From positions 52,452,001 to 52,516,000 of the forward strand of contig CM052822.1 in NCBI GenBank assembly GCA_028534125.1: a stretch of DNA of 64,000 nt, in the 5' to 3' direction. Below the pieces are notes generated by a model. It was given only the letters and a program-made list of their open reading frames with translations. It ran no database searches and was not told the origin of the DNA. The DNA comes from Lama glama (Eukaryota). Positions within the stretch are counted from its first letter, which is position 1. Every line of letters starts with the position of its first letter. This document shows positions 1 through 12,503 of the stretch, in pieces. The position numbers were made by a program, and so were the translations under genes.

Positions 1-796
1 TGGGGTCAAGTGATATTAGCACCATCTACTGGTATATGAACAATGTCATGACTGTAATAATATTTATGCAAGTTGTCTGGGACAGCACTTAATAGGTATT
101 CAATAAAAAGTGATCTTTCTTTCCTTTTTCCAGATGGTAGAAAAAAAACAAAAACTAAAACTATGAATGTCTTGAAGTTTCCAAATTTAATTTGTTTAAA
201 ATAAATCCCTATAACTGATAAAGATAATTCATGCAATACACAAAGTTTATTCTAAACACTGCTTTAGACTTAGTGGATTTTAGAGCATAAAGAATTGGGA
301 TTTTTGTGCAACTGTGACAAAAATACAAGATCAGAATCCAATTAAACAAATACATATTGAGCTCTTAATATGAGTCAAAAATAATCCAAGAGGAGAATTG
401 TAAACTGAGTTATTTTGATACCATTTCAATTATTGTAAAAAACAGAGTCTATTGTGCTTATGTAGAAGAAATTTAACCTTCAATTAAAATTCATTTAATT
501 ATAAGTGTCTGATGACTATAGGGGTTAAAAACATCCTCCAAATAACTATGATGGTTATATTTCATCTCTAGTGTTTTTTGTGGACTACTAGTTTCTGAAA
601 ACAAAGCAAATTCAATCTTATCAATTTTATATGTACATATGAATAAAAGAATATCATGGTATACACATACATTTTTCACCAGCTATATGAAAAATCTGTT
701 AGAATTGATTATTCAGAAAGGTTTCCTATCTACCACAACTTTATTGCTGCATTCTTCCTCTACTGCCCCCTCTAGGAAACATTTGGAAGCAAACAT

Positions 797-976
797 CACA
801 AAACTACTATGTATAAAATAGATAAACAAAGTCCTACTGTATTCAATATCTTGTAATGGTCTATAATGAAAAATAATATGAAAAAGAACATATGTATGTA
901 TAACTGAATCACTATGCTGTACACCAGAAATTAACACATTGTAAACCAACTATATTTTGATAAAAATCAATCAATA
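797..976 (+). mobile_element. 5'-truncated L1 3' end (artiodactyl/camelid type) with TSD
   Basis: L1 3'UTR-like sequence ...gctgtacaccagaaattaacacattgtaaaccaactata. Perfect 11-bp TSD GAAGCAAACAT at 786-796 and 977-987. Confidence 0.85.
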
Positions 977-1689
977 GAAGCAAACATTGTATTACTTAGT
1001 GTTGTTTTTTTAACCTGTCCTAGAAATAATAGGCAATGAGATTATATCTACTCCCCAGCCCAGATAACTTCTGAGAAAGACTGCGTATGCGCCCTGTGCA
1101 AAAGTTAGTTCAGTTTCAACATTTATGAAACTATAGTCACAGAAAAGAGTATTGCCTGATAAACGTTTATTTAAAATATGCCCCCAAATCGGGCTGAAAC
1201 CCTGATGTATTAGGTCTCCTTCAGAAGTATTTACTCAAATTCACAAATCTTTCAGACTGTGTCTGTACAGAGTTGCTGCCTCAATGTAATTTGTTGAAAA
1301 AAGCTTCTGTGGCACCTTTCAATGTGTTCCAACAAAAATATTTTCAAGAGCAAGGAAATTTTCCTCTTGAGAGACCATTTTTACACACCAAAAAGTTTAT
1401 TTCAGTAATTCTGCCTTTTGGAACTAAATAAGCTGTGAAACTGAAGAAGCAAAATAGATACTTCAACACTTGTGTAGTTTTACCTACATACTATCAATTC
1501 CCTTTTTGAAAAGATCCCTTAGTGAGGTCTCCCACACTAGCAGCTCTTACTATTAAAAAGTCTGAAAACAGGACAGAAATTAAAATACAGGGGAGAAAAA
1601 AAGACCATGAAACCAATCTGAGATCTCCGTTGGAGCTGTGTGAGTTCCACTGTGTACTTTTTGCATTGAGATGTTGGCGATACAACATG

Positions 1690-1890
1690 GGTTTCTGAGT
1701 CACACAAGGAGATTCAACTCCTAGCTGTTGTAATTATCAGCCCTGTGCCCGTGGGCTGTGCACTTCATCTCCAGCAGTCTCGTGCAGATTAGGGTAATAC
1801 CTCACCACCAGCTAGTGTTGTTGCAAAAGTTAAATTAGATCCTAAACATAAAGCTTCTGTCATGTGGGGACACAACAAATACTGACATTC
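1690..1890 (+). mobile_element. MIR SINE remnant
   Basis: Degenerate MIR core and 3' end (taatacctc...gttgttgcaaaagttaaattagat). Confidence 0.5.
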
Positions 1891-4096
1891 TCTCTCTTTC
1901 CTTTTCTGATGAATAATTAAGGGAGGGTAGGAGGGATCAAAATAACTTTAGAAATAACTCGTACAATTTTGATTTTTCTTCTTTTTCTCAAAATATTACT
2001 GAACAATTTATAGAGATGGTTCCAGGGAAGGCAGGGTACCATCTTTTGCCTTTTGTTTACTTTACTTTTGGTAGAAATCATGTGACTGTAAAATATACAG
2101 CATTTTTAGAGACAGAGACTTGAAATTAAGTGAAGGATGAGTGAGTGTCATTGCACTGAAGTATTTCATATTTCAAAAATGTCAAGAGAGTGTTTGCACA
2201 CAACCCCATTCCCAACATTACATGTCTGCAGTGACACGTGGATATCTGAGGTGGGGCCAGGCTTGGCAAACATATACTTGGCAAACATGGCTTCAGTAAT
2301 TTTAGCCTCCAGAGGTCCCAGTCATCTGATAGGCCTTCTGACAGAGTGCTGTGGATGGATGGTGTTGACACCAGAAGGGATAAGAAAAATAAAGAAAAAC
2401 CCAGGGGTACTGTCATGGCTGGTTTCCCATCAGTGCATGGCGGCCTTCACAAATTTGATATTCATTCAACAAACACTGATTAAGCATCAACTTTGTGCCA
2501 GTCTCTGCATATTTACTAGCTGGAATATAGCAGTAAACAAAACGAATACTGTTCTTGTCATCATGGAACCTGGAGGCCATTCAGTCTCACGGCAGAAAGG
2601 TGTATCATCGGGAAGATGATTAGAACATTAACAAAAGGAGGACTGGACAACCCCAGGAACACAACTGAAAGATTTAGTAGACAGCAGTGGAGGACCCCTA
2701 AAATATGTTGGCAATGATGCTTCTGCAGTAAGATGATACACACACAACTATCACTCAGAGTAAAGAGGTAAAATAAACCGAAAGAATTAGAACTGATGAA
2801 AGATTTTCTGAATATGAAACATTTTACATGAGTCACTTATTTGGGTAATTCTTAAAAGCCTGATGAGCACCCATTTGTTTAGAATTTACCTTTCATGGGG
2901 ACCCAATTTCAGGAATCTCTCTGGGAGGACTCTGAGCATGAATATCTTCTTAAGTTGACCTTTTAAAGATAAACTATCTAGAAAAATGTATCAAGTTGTG
3001 ATGTATTTGATGTGTCTGTATTCTGGTTTTAGCCCCTGAATTGTCAAGCCTATTGGCTGACTTCAAAAGACATGGACTCAGACTCAAAATGATGGAATGA
3101 AGCTTATAAAATTAAGAAAGACGATGTAAAGAATATTTAGATACATTAACAACTAGTACAGCACCTTCCTGGGAAGAACAGGATAAATGCATCTTGGTGG
3201 AGTCTGGCTCTAATCCACATGCTCTCCCAGTTGCTTTCTATCAGTTATTGAAAGGGCCTTTGTTGGCTTTTGAGCACTTTCAGTCATTTCTTAGAGTTTT
3301 AAAATGTTTCTTTTCCCTTCCTAAGAAGAAGAAAAATTTATATTTGCCTAGATCATTCCTGTGTTGTCAGCATGAAATCTTTACAGATGTCTTTTTCAAT
3401 CAGAAATAAGAAATTTTCTCTATTCTGTCCAAAATCAAGAACTCTGCTTTTCCTAAAAGTAATCTCAATTACCATATAGTCACAGTTTGAATTTAAATAT
3501 GAAAATCCGTTTTCTTCTTAGGTTATCCAAGAAACATGCAAATTTTATAAATTGATTTCTAATGCCAGTAGCGTCTTAAAACAGTAATTTCTACAACTGA
3601 ATACATTAACATTATTATCAACTATGAACACCTTACAAATAAGGTAGGTGTAATTATTCATATTTTCCTGTTAAGGAAACTTAGGTCCAGAGCAATTAAC
3701 TTTCTCAAGCTATAGTGCTCGGAAGAGGTAGGGTCTGAACCTGTCTCTTTCACTTCAAAATTCATGTACTTGGCCACAAAGGCTTTGTTCTGAACAGAAA
3801 TTTAAAAGAATATTTACACATGATTTGTAATAGGTTCATGTTACAGCTCATGCAGTTTAAGTGATGGCTGGAAATGGACTCCAAAACAATCCAACAGGGT
3901 GATTTGTTTCTGGCAAGATCATGGTTTAGTTCACGTTCTTTAGCATAATCAACGTATAAATATCAAGTTCTTCTGCATGAAGAGCAGAGCAGCCCCTGCC
4001 CTCTAGAAACTGGGGCAATATAAAAACAGTGTAAATCTTGCTGCTTTTAGTCTTCATTAAAATGAAAATTTTGATAGATGCATTTTCTCTCTCTCC

Positions 4097-4122
4097 GTGT
4101 GTGTGTGTGTGTGTATGTGTGT
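4097..4122. repeat. (GT)n microsatellite
   Basis: gtgtgt... with one interruption, preceded by a short (CT)n. Confidence 0.9.
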
Positions 4123-4344
4123 ACACACCCATATTTTACTCTCAACAATTCTTAAATTTATTCTTAAGAATTTATGTATCTTGAACAGGATGGCACTATT
4201 GAATATTTTTCCTTAAAAAGTTTCTACTTATAAGTATGAAATATTTCCTGGTCTTCTTCCAAATGTTCATTTAATATTCAACAAAACTGTCATCATTAGC
4301 AAAAATTTTGGAAAGGTGATCCTTCTCTGATAAATAGCATTAGA

Positions 4345-4800
4345 TTGCCAGTTGGTGTTCTTTGGTTTCAAGATATAGAAAACAATTCTAGTTAATTTAG
4401 GTAAAAAAATGGAAGTTTATAGGATATGGGGTGGCTTCCAAAGGTGAAAGAAAAGTTGAAGGATGGATCTAAGAAAGAGCAAGAATCAGAGCAGCTCAAG
4501 GAGAGGAGAGACACTGTGTTCCGGGAGCAACTTCCTGAATGAATCAGCATCAGTTATATACTGTCTTTTTTGGTAACTTAGCTCAAGAGTTCTGTTCTAA
4601 CAGACAGGCACGAATGGTTTCCCTTGGGGCACAGGCCCACTTGCTGCCAGAAAAGGACAGAGCACCTTGATTTCCCCTCTTACCAGATTGTACACAGTGA
4701 AGGTTAAGTAATTTCCTTTGGACAAAATAGGGGTGCCTTACCTAAAGAGACGGAATGAGTACCAGCAGACAAAAATACATAGAAATAGCCCAACACAGTC
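4345..4800 (-). mobile_element. Old MaLR LTR (MLT1K/L-like) remnant
   Basis: Start ttctttggtttcaagatatagaaaacaattctagttaatttagg resembles the reverse of the old MLT1 3' end. Heavily diverged. Confidence 0.4.
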
Positions 4801-5869
4801 ACTACAGCATATAATTCTCTTCACAATTTCTGGATAAGGGAGTCAACATTTGCTATTAAATTTCAATTCTGATCACCATTTTTTTAACCAAAAATAAAAA
4901 CAGTGACCTTTGAGATACACTTAACATTTTCGATGCTATCAAAATAATGATGCAATTCATTTCTACAACCAGCGCATTTTAAGCATCTAAAGAAAGAGAT
5001 GTCTTCACTTTCAAAATGTAAGATTTTTATTTCCAAAGTTTTTGGGGGGGGGTTGTTGTGGGAGGAGGGCTCAAATAATCACCTAGAAACTTAACTTCAT
5101 TTCTTATTTCTCCTTGCTTTTCTATCCCCAGTCCCTCAGTCTCATTTTGGATCATATATTTTCTCACATGTATCTTCTGAGAAAAACTCTAACTATAGGT
5201 TCTGTATTCCAAATCCAGTTTTCAGTCTCAGCACCTAAATCTTATTCTGATGCTCAACTTTACCAAGATTTCCAGATAATAAAAATTTTACTTTAAAAGT
5301 ACAGATCATTAGACCTTAGTACATTCAATTTCACTTTTTATGTAAGTTTCTTTTATGTCAACTCAGGGTTCTTTTTTTTTTTTAGCAACTCCTATGAACT
5401 TTCTAATTTTGAGACCTATGTAGAAAATATATCTATTTTTACCTTCTGTCTTTCTCACATTGTATTATTAGGAAAGAATTTTTCAGTATGAATTTCATGA
5501 GATCAAGCAGATGACTAATTCCTGTCACAGGGTTGCAGGTGACTTTCTTAGCTCTTCCTCTCCTGATTTCCAAAGGTACCCTCTTCTCTGTGGCCTGTTG
5601 CTCTGCAACTACATTATTTGCTATGCAGGAAAAGTTTAATACAATGCAGAGTTATGTTTAAAAATAATTACTTTAGGGAGGGGATGCTGCTTGAGTGCAG
5701 CTAATGTTCTGTTTCTTAATCTAGGTGCTGATTTGTGCACTTTTCCTTGATAATCGATTTACTAAAAAAAAAAAAGCTTAAAAGAAGTCACTTTCTGAGT
5801 CCAATTACCTCATGACCCATTTTTCCTTTGAGGTGTCCATCATTTCCTAATTAATCTACAAGAGTGCTT

Positions 5870-6575
5870 CAGTAACTCAGGCCAAAATCTCAGTCATCCT
5901 TGGCTTCTCTTTTTCTCACACCTACATCAATCTATAAGAAAATATTATCAGTTCCACCTTCAAAATAGATCCATAGTCCTACCACTTTTGCCCACTCCAC
6001 TGCTACCACTCTAGCCAAGCCAACATCATCTTTGGTGTAGAGTATTGCAGTGGTCTTTGTGAATGGTCTCCCTACTTCCACACTGTCCCCTACTCCATTC
6101 TGTCTACATATCACACAGGAGCGAGACTGATCTTGTCCAAATGGAAGACAAATTTTATCATGCCTCTGCTCCCAACCCTCCAGTGGCTTCACATTTTGCT
6201 CCCAGAAAAGGTGAAAATCATCACTGTCACTCAAAGGGTCCTGTACAATTGTCCCAGGTGACCACTCTGATGTCACCTCCAACTACTCCCTCCTTCACTC
6301 ACTCTGCCTCACCACAGTGGCCTCCTTTCAGCTCCTCCAACACACTAGACAAGCTCCAACATCAGTTCCTTTGCAGTCACTCTTCCCTCTGCCTGGAAAG
6401 CTCTTCCTCAAGATATCCATCCACATGTCTTGCTCTCTTTACCTTCAGATCCTAATGCATACGTCACCTTCTCATTGAGACCTTCTCTGGACTATTCTAT
6501 TTAAAATTGCAACTGTCCCCCTCCGGCACTTCCTATCCCTTTCCCCTGCTTAACTTTTAGACTTACCATCATTTA
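5870..6575 (+). mobile_element. L2a LINE fragment
   Basis: L2 3'-region motifs: ccaccttcaaaata, atggtctccctacttcc, aaccctccagtggcttc, ccctctgcctggaa. Confidence 0.85.
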
Positions 6576-7049
6576 ATATGCTAGATAGATATATGTGGAC
6601 AGATAAAAAATAAACACAGATACAGATATGTGCAACAAGGTTGGCAAAAGATTGCTTTCTGTATCTTTATAACCTCTTGCCAATCATGAGACTCATATTC
6701 CTGAAAAAAAAATTATGATTATTGAAACCACCATTAGCAATAATGTATCAGAAAATTAATGATACATGTTAAAAACAATTAAAAATCAAATCATTGTATA
6801 TGCAGATTTGAAACATGGTAAATAGAAGTTATACAGGCATCTGCTTCTGAAACAATCTATTAATTAACAACAAAATCCCACCCTCAGGCATACCTGAGTT
6901 TCCTTCAATTGTTCTCAAAGTACTGCTGAGGGTTTCTGTTCCACTAAGCATGCTCTCCCACAAGTTTTCACTTCTACAGACACCTGTACCTGTTTACATT
7001 TTTGAATCAGCTTTTATTGAAATAAAGAGTTTATATATTTACAGATTAA

Positions 7050-7306
7050 TGCTTCCTTGCTTCCTAATTGTAGATGAGGAGTTATTGGTGACTCAGGAAA
7101 TCAATTTAGTGAGTTGTGTTATTTTTGATAAAATGGAATAGAATAAAAAATGAAAATATTGATGTAAATTCTGAATATCAAAAGTAAATACTACTTTATG
7201 AAAATTCTGTTTCAGGTATGGGTGCATCTGTCTATGTGTATTGGGTCATGATGAACAATGAATTTCCTTGTGAGATTTGCAGTAAAAGCTAGTCTGTAAT
7301 ACACTG
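7050..7306. mobile_element. hAT-Charlie (Charlie4z-like) DNA transposon
   Basis: ggaaatcaatttagtgagtt...aaatggaatagaat...gtattgggtcatgatg...cactgg end. Confidence 0.6.
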
Positions 7307-8564
7307 GACACATTTGTTGCCATAAGCCACCCAGAAACATATCACTTGCATCCAGTGTTTGCTTTAACCAACAAAATATTCGTGTGTGTGTCTATTTGGA
7401 GATGGGAGGTGAGGAGAATCAGACATTTCTAGGAATCAAAAGGCTGTCAGCCAAAAAGTCTATTATTTCCAGAAAGGAAAGTTTCAGCAGAATAATTAAA
7501 ACAAAAAGTTTGGCCAGCACCACTGGAGAGCCCATTGGCCAGAGTTGCTGTTACTAATTCACTTAGTGCTTCCTATTCATGGATGGCATCTCCCATTATA
7601 AATGGGGCTAAATAATATCTTTTAAAATTCCAAGTACAAAATGAATTGTGTGCATCTGTTTGCTTCAATTTTCACAGAGGACTGCATACCTCCACAGTAT
7701 TCAGTATCTGTTTCAGAACTCTAATCCAAATTCACATTCTTCCCGTTTCAGACAACCATTAACAGGAGTGGTTCAGAAACAAAATTTGTCTGGTTATGAC
7801 TTACTAATTCACCTACAAATGCTTCCTATGTCTCTAATCTATCATGGTAACCACCCCTCCAAATCTACCCCCTTTTCTGCAATATAGAAGCACCATGAGG
7901 TTGTTTCATTTAAGAGACCATCCACCTGTTTTCCTTGCCTTATTTTACCCCTACCAAAGTATACATAAGAGAAAAATTAACACTGATCTACATTTATTTA
8001 GGATAAGCCACGTGGATAGCTGTTACTTGATCATTCTACAAAACAACAATTTTATGTGATTCAACCAAATAATTTGAGTATATTCACTTATGGTGGAAGT
8101 CCATTGAGAAACTGTGTAAATGGATTTGGGAGCTTGAGTGGGGAAGGTCAAATGATCCAGTAAGAAGATAACTCCATGGAGATGTTTTATGATTTCTATG
8201 AAGTTAGCACTAAATAATTTTTGTTATTATTCATCTCTTCAATACTGCAAACACCTATTGAACACCCATGATGTGCTCAGACCCTCTCTTAGTGTTCAGG
8301 ATAGAAAGTAGAGTAAGATGTAACTCCTGACCTAAAGGAACCTGCAGTACAATACCTTGTATTGAATGAAAGCATTAGCTTAAAGTCCCTGCTGCCAATT
8401 AATTATTATATTTTAAATTCTTATTTTCTTTTTTACAATTTAATATAATTTTCTATTTAAAAAGAAACTGATACCTGCTCATTACAAAAGAAATGCTACA
8501 GAAATGTATAGGTTAGAAAGTAAAGCTCCTATACTGGTATCATCTATTGTTTGGAATTACAAGG

Positions 8565-8565
<1 letters not shown>

Positions 8566-8599
<34 letters not shown>
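8566..8599. repeat. Compound (GT)n(AT)n microsatellite
   Basis: Continuous alternating purine-pyrimidine tract. Confidence 0.9.
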
Positions 8600-9006
8600 C
8601 TCAAGGAAATCCCTGTTGGACAAACTTGAAAGAAAGGATTGAATAAACATGAAGAAGAACAAAGATTTCCCAAAGGAAAAAAAAAAAACCATTCAGGGGA
8701 TTTCTAGTAAAAGAGAACTAAAGAATTATCACAGACAGCCAAGGTTCAGAACTGACTGTTTCCATCCTGATATCAAATAGAGAAGAACGAAAACCCAAAA
8801 GCCTCTCTGTAAAATTTCGCCAGCAGAGCCTTGGGTGGAATGTCTCAACTCTTCCAGAGCCATCTGGGCCAGAAGCCACCTGGTTCTTCCAGCCTTCTTT
8901 GGGACAAAGAGCACAGTGAAGACCAGCAGTGGTGTGGTATCAGGGGAACATTTAAAAGAGCTTATATGTAATTACCTCCCCCAAATCAATCAATCAGTGA
9001 ATAAAA

Positions 9007-9106
9007 GGGTGAGGGGAGTAGCTCAGTGGTAGAGCACATGTTTAGCACACATGAAGTCCTGGGTTCAATCCCCAGTACCTCCATTTAAAAATAAATAAAA
9101 TAAAAC
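9007..9106 (+). mobile_element. tRNA-derived SINE (camelid Vic-1-like)
   Basis: A box TAGCTCAGTGG at 9019-9029, B box GTTCAATCC at 9063-9071, ending ccccagtacctcc plus an A-rich tail. Confidence 0.85.
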
Positions 9107-9240
9107 AAAATAGCTTATGCCAGAGCATGCATTACATAAAACTTTTGGCATTCTGAGGCAACAATAAATAAATTCTCTCTAGGAACAAGGTGAAGGGGAA
9201 AAATTGAGAGGTTTATAGTGGTGAGAAGTGAAACTATTTA

Positions 9241-10139
9241 CAATAGTTTTCAAACTTTTGGTCTCAGGACATCATACTCTTAAAAAAATTATTGAGGACC
9301 CCAAAGAGTGTGTTTAAAGGGTTATGATTGGCTTATCAATTATAAATTAAAACTGAGGAAAAGTTTTAATATTATTTAATTCATTTAAAGAGAGCAATAA
9401 TATATCCAGCATATGCGGACATAACTATTTTTTATGAAAAATAACTATTGGGGGGAAGCTTCCTCATGCTCCTAGACACCTGGCTGTGGATGCCAAGAAC
9501 ACCAGACTCTGACAGTTCTTTACCCAGGTTTTCTCATGGTCATGTAGGCAATGAGCAGCCTTGAGGAATAAGGTAATGCCTCCTTACCTCACAAAGAGCA
9601 GGCTTGCTTACTGCCAGCTATAAATAGCAGGTTCCTCAAGCTCAATCTTGCTTTCCTGGCATGAAACCCACCGTGTGTACAGGCATCCATCTAGACCCAT
9701 CCTTGTCACCCCTGGGGAACTGGTGCTCACTGGGGGAAACTGATGTAAACATTCTGACACTCTGACTATTGGTTCTGCTGTGAATGATAGTCTTCTGACT
9801 CTAACACAGGAGTCTCATGCCTTCTGTCAGCCTCCATTAAACCATATAAGCTAACTTGTTAACTTGCAAAACCTCAGAGCCCTTACAGTTCTTGACAGTA
9901 ACAACAAACAATGTAATGGGAAGACCAGCATTAACATTTTTGCAAATCTCTAATGTCTGGCTTAATAGAAAAGAGGCTCTTATCTGATTCAGTCCCCTGC
10001 AATATGTTGTTCTGGTTAAAATAGATGGAGAAAACCTAGCCTCACACAGACATATAACTGGAAAAGAGTCAAGCCTGTTGAGCCCCTAAAAAGATCTCAG
10101 CATCCCTGTGGTTCTTGGACCACACTCAGAGAACCACTG
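9241..10139. mobile_element. hAT-Tip100 Arthur1/MER69-like DNA transposon, interrupted by an LTR
   Basis: 5' end ttttcaaacttttggtctcaggac...attattgaggaccccaaagag. It resumes after 9897 with catttttgcaaatctc...ggcttaatagaa. 3' end ggaccacactcagagaaccactg. Confidence 0.75.
9449..9897 (+). mobile_element. ERVL solo LTR (MER76-like)
   Basis: TG...CA ends, TATAAA at 9619-9624, terminal ...gctaacttgttaacttgcaa...cttacagttcttgaca. Confidence 0.7.
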
Positions 10140-10320
10140 ACCTCCAGCTATGCAGCATACTGCCTGCATTAAGATGATTTTAATATTGGACATTTTGTGT
10201 TTACACAACTTAACTATTCCACAAAATTCTTGCTCCAGAAGATGAAGCTGCAAATAGCTTAAAGTTAACTATATGTTTTGTTACTGTTATTGTTGCTTTT
10301 GTTATTTGTTATATAGTTTT

Positions 10321-10708
10321 TGTTAGATCAATGTTCTGAAAATCCACTTATCCAAATAATCAACCACTAAACTTTCTTTCATCAGAATAACAAATCATTC
10401 ACAGGTCTCACCAAAGGCTGTTTATTTTTCAAGGCTAACTTCAAAACCCTTTCCTTGCTGGGTCCATCAATCCTAAAAAAATTATTTTATAAATTTTGCC
10501 CAATTCCTATTAGCCCTCCTACTACATTGAAGGACTCACCTTAAACTAGACTCCCCAGTCCTTACAAATACCCTGCCTTTGCTCTTCACTTCCTGAGATA
10601 CCTCTGAAGTACTGTCAGTGTAATGACCTCCCTTAGTGGAATAAGCAATAACTTGGTTTTTGTTTATAAACAGATTTCGTAGTTTTTACAAGACGTTGTC
10701 AATTGACA
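10321..10708 (+). mobile_element. Old ERV1-type solo LTR (MER110/MER90-like)
   Basis: Ends tgttag...attgaca. Internal ttgaaggactcaccttaaac, with degenerate TATA and poly(A) signals. Confidence 0.5.
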
Positions 10709-10878
10709 ATCTATTTCCTATTTAGATCACTGCCTCTCCAATAAAGGGATCTCTGCTTTGAGAAACTAAGCACCAAATATGCTTCATATAATCTTTTCTG
10801 CATATGTTAGAAAGTTCTAGGGTCCTTCATTACATGGAAAAATCTTGGTATCTAATCTATCATTAAAGTCCATGAAAT

Positions 10879-11014
10879 TAGGGTTGCCAACTTTAGCAAA
10901 TAAAAACACAGAACATGAGTTAAATTCCAGTTTCAGAAAACAATGAATGATTTTTTAGTATAAGTATGTCTCAAATATTGTATTGAATGTCCTCTGTTTT
11001 ACCTGTCAACTCTA
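10879..11014. mobile_element. MER53-like hAT MITE
   Basis: TIRs tagggttgcca / tgtcaactcta. Degenerate 8-bp TSD catgaaat / cataaaac. Confidence 0.75.
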
Positions 11015-11779
11015 CATAAAACTTGTGCTGCAGGATTTGTGGCTCAACTTCAATGATAAACATTTTCCAATTGCTTATTATCCTTGATGATGAAAGATTC
11101 TAGTCACTTTAGAAAATCAAATACAGTAATTACCTTACTTTGGGTTTCTTATTTTGGGTCGATAGGCAAACTACAGATTAAGTGTGAAAAGAGCAAAACT
11201 CCAAAGCAGATGGAAAAAAATTCTCATTCTGTCAGATAATCCTGAGATTTCTCTTTTTGTTTTAAATTTTTGAGCATCAAATTGCAAGGTTTCAGCACCC
11301 TAAAAAGTCATCATGGATTCAAACTATATAGAGAGAAAGTCATGGAGCTGCAGACACTCCACACAGTACGTAACACAGTGAATCCAGAGACCAGAGTGCA
11401 GAGGTGACGCCAAAGATGAGATTATTATAGACATAATAACAAGTGTCAAAGTTTTCCATGTCTTATAGGCCCTATACACTGAAATGGTAAGATCCTTAGT
11501 CTAGATTTCAAGGCAGAAAAGTATACTTAATGTTCAACCTCATGCTGACAGCCAACATCTGTGAGACTATCTAATGTTCATGGTAAATGAAAAGTAGAGA
11601 CAATCTTCAAACTGCTCTGTGATTTTTGCGTTAACTAAAGCCTTTTGAGAATTAATTTTTACGTATTAACAGCATCATGACATAAAGGAAAATATACCAA
11701 ACTGAGAGGTAGAAGCCTTGGATTTTAGTCCCAGTTCTATAGCTAATGAGCTCTTTTTAAACTTGGGCAGTTTGCTTCC

Positions 11780-12503
11780 TATGTTAGTTTGCTAGGTCTG
11801 CCATAAAAAAGTATCACAGGGTAGGTGGCTTAGACAACAGAAATTTATATTTTCCCAGTCTGGAGGCAAAAAGTCCAAGATCAAAGTGTCATCAGAATTG
11901 GTCTCTTCTGAGGCTTCTCTCTTTTATTTGCAGATGGCTGTCTTCTTGTGTCTTCCCACCATCTTCCCTCTGGATGTGCCTGCAACATCCTGACTGTTTA
12001 TATTTCCCCAAAATTCACATAGTGAAATCCTCATCCCCAATATGATGATGGTATTAGGAGGTGGGGCCTTTGGGAGGTGATTAGGTCTTGAGGGTTGAGC
12101 CCCCATGATTGGGATTAGTGCCCTTAGAAGAGGGACTCTTGCCCCTTCTACCATTGAGGACACGGTGCAAAGACAGCCTTCTATGAACCAGGAAGCAAGT
12201 CATCACTAGACACCAAATCTACCCACACCTTGAGCTCAGACTTCCCAGCCTCCAGAACTGTGAGAAGTAAGTTTCTGTTGTTTATCAGCCACCAAGTCTC
12301 TTTTGTTATAGCAAACTGAACAGACTAAGAAAATGCCTGTGTTCAAATTTCCTCTTACACCAATTATATGGGATTACCCTAATGACCTCATTTTAATTTA
12401 CCTTTTTACAGGTCCTGTCCCCAAACACAGTCACATTCCGAGATATTGGGAGTTAGGATTTCAACATAAGGATTTTTAGGGGGACACAATTCAGCCCATT
12501 ACA
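11780..12503 (-). mobile_element. MaLR LTR (MLT1B-like), split by a nested MLT1A, lying inside a MIR
   Basis: ggtggcttagacaacagaaatttat...aagtccaagatcaaagtgtc, resuming after 12337 and ending gggacacaattcagcccattaca. Confidence 0.8.
11981..12332 (+). mobile_element. MaLR LTR (MLT1A-like), nested
   Basis: ggtattaggaggtggggcctttgggaggtgattagg...gacttcccagcctccagaactgtgaga. 5-bp TSD gtgcc (11976-11980) / atgcc (12333-12337). Confidence 0.85.

Noticed and set aside
763-776. Weak CTCF-like words (also near 3996-4009)
   Set aside because: They mismatch the 5' half of the core motif.
2137-2619. 160-aa ORF
   Set aside because: No recognisable domain, and the 3' part runs through an antisense L2 3' end.
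5932-6455. Overlapping 116-aa and 130-aa ORFs
   Set aside because: Both are inside the L2a fragment.
9007-9082. Possible tRNA gene (A and B boxes)
   Set aside because: No convincing cloverleaf, an A-rich tail instead of a T-run terminator, a TSD, and a second diverged copy at 17592-17702. It is a SINE.
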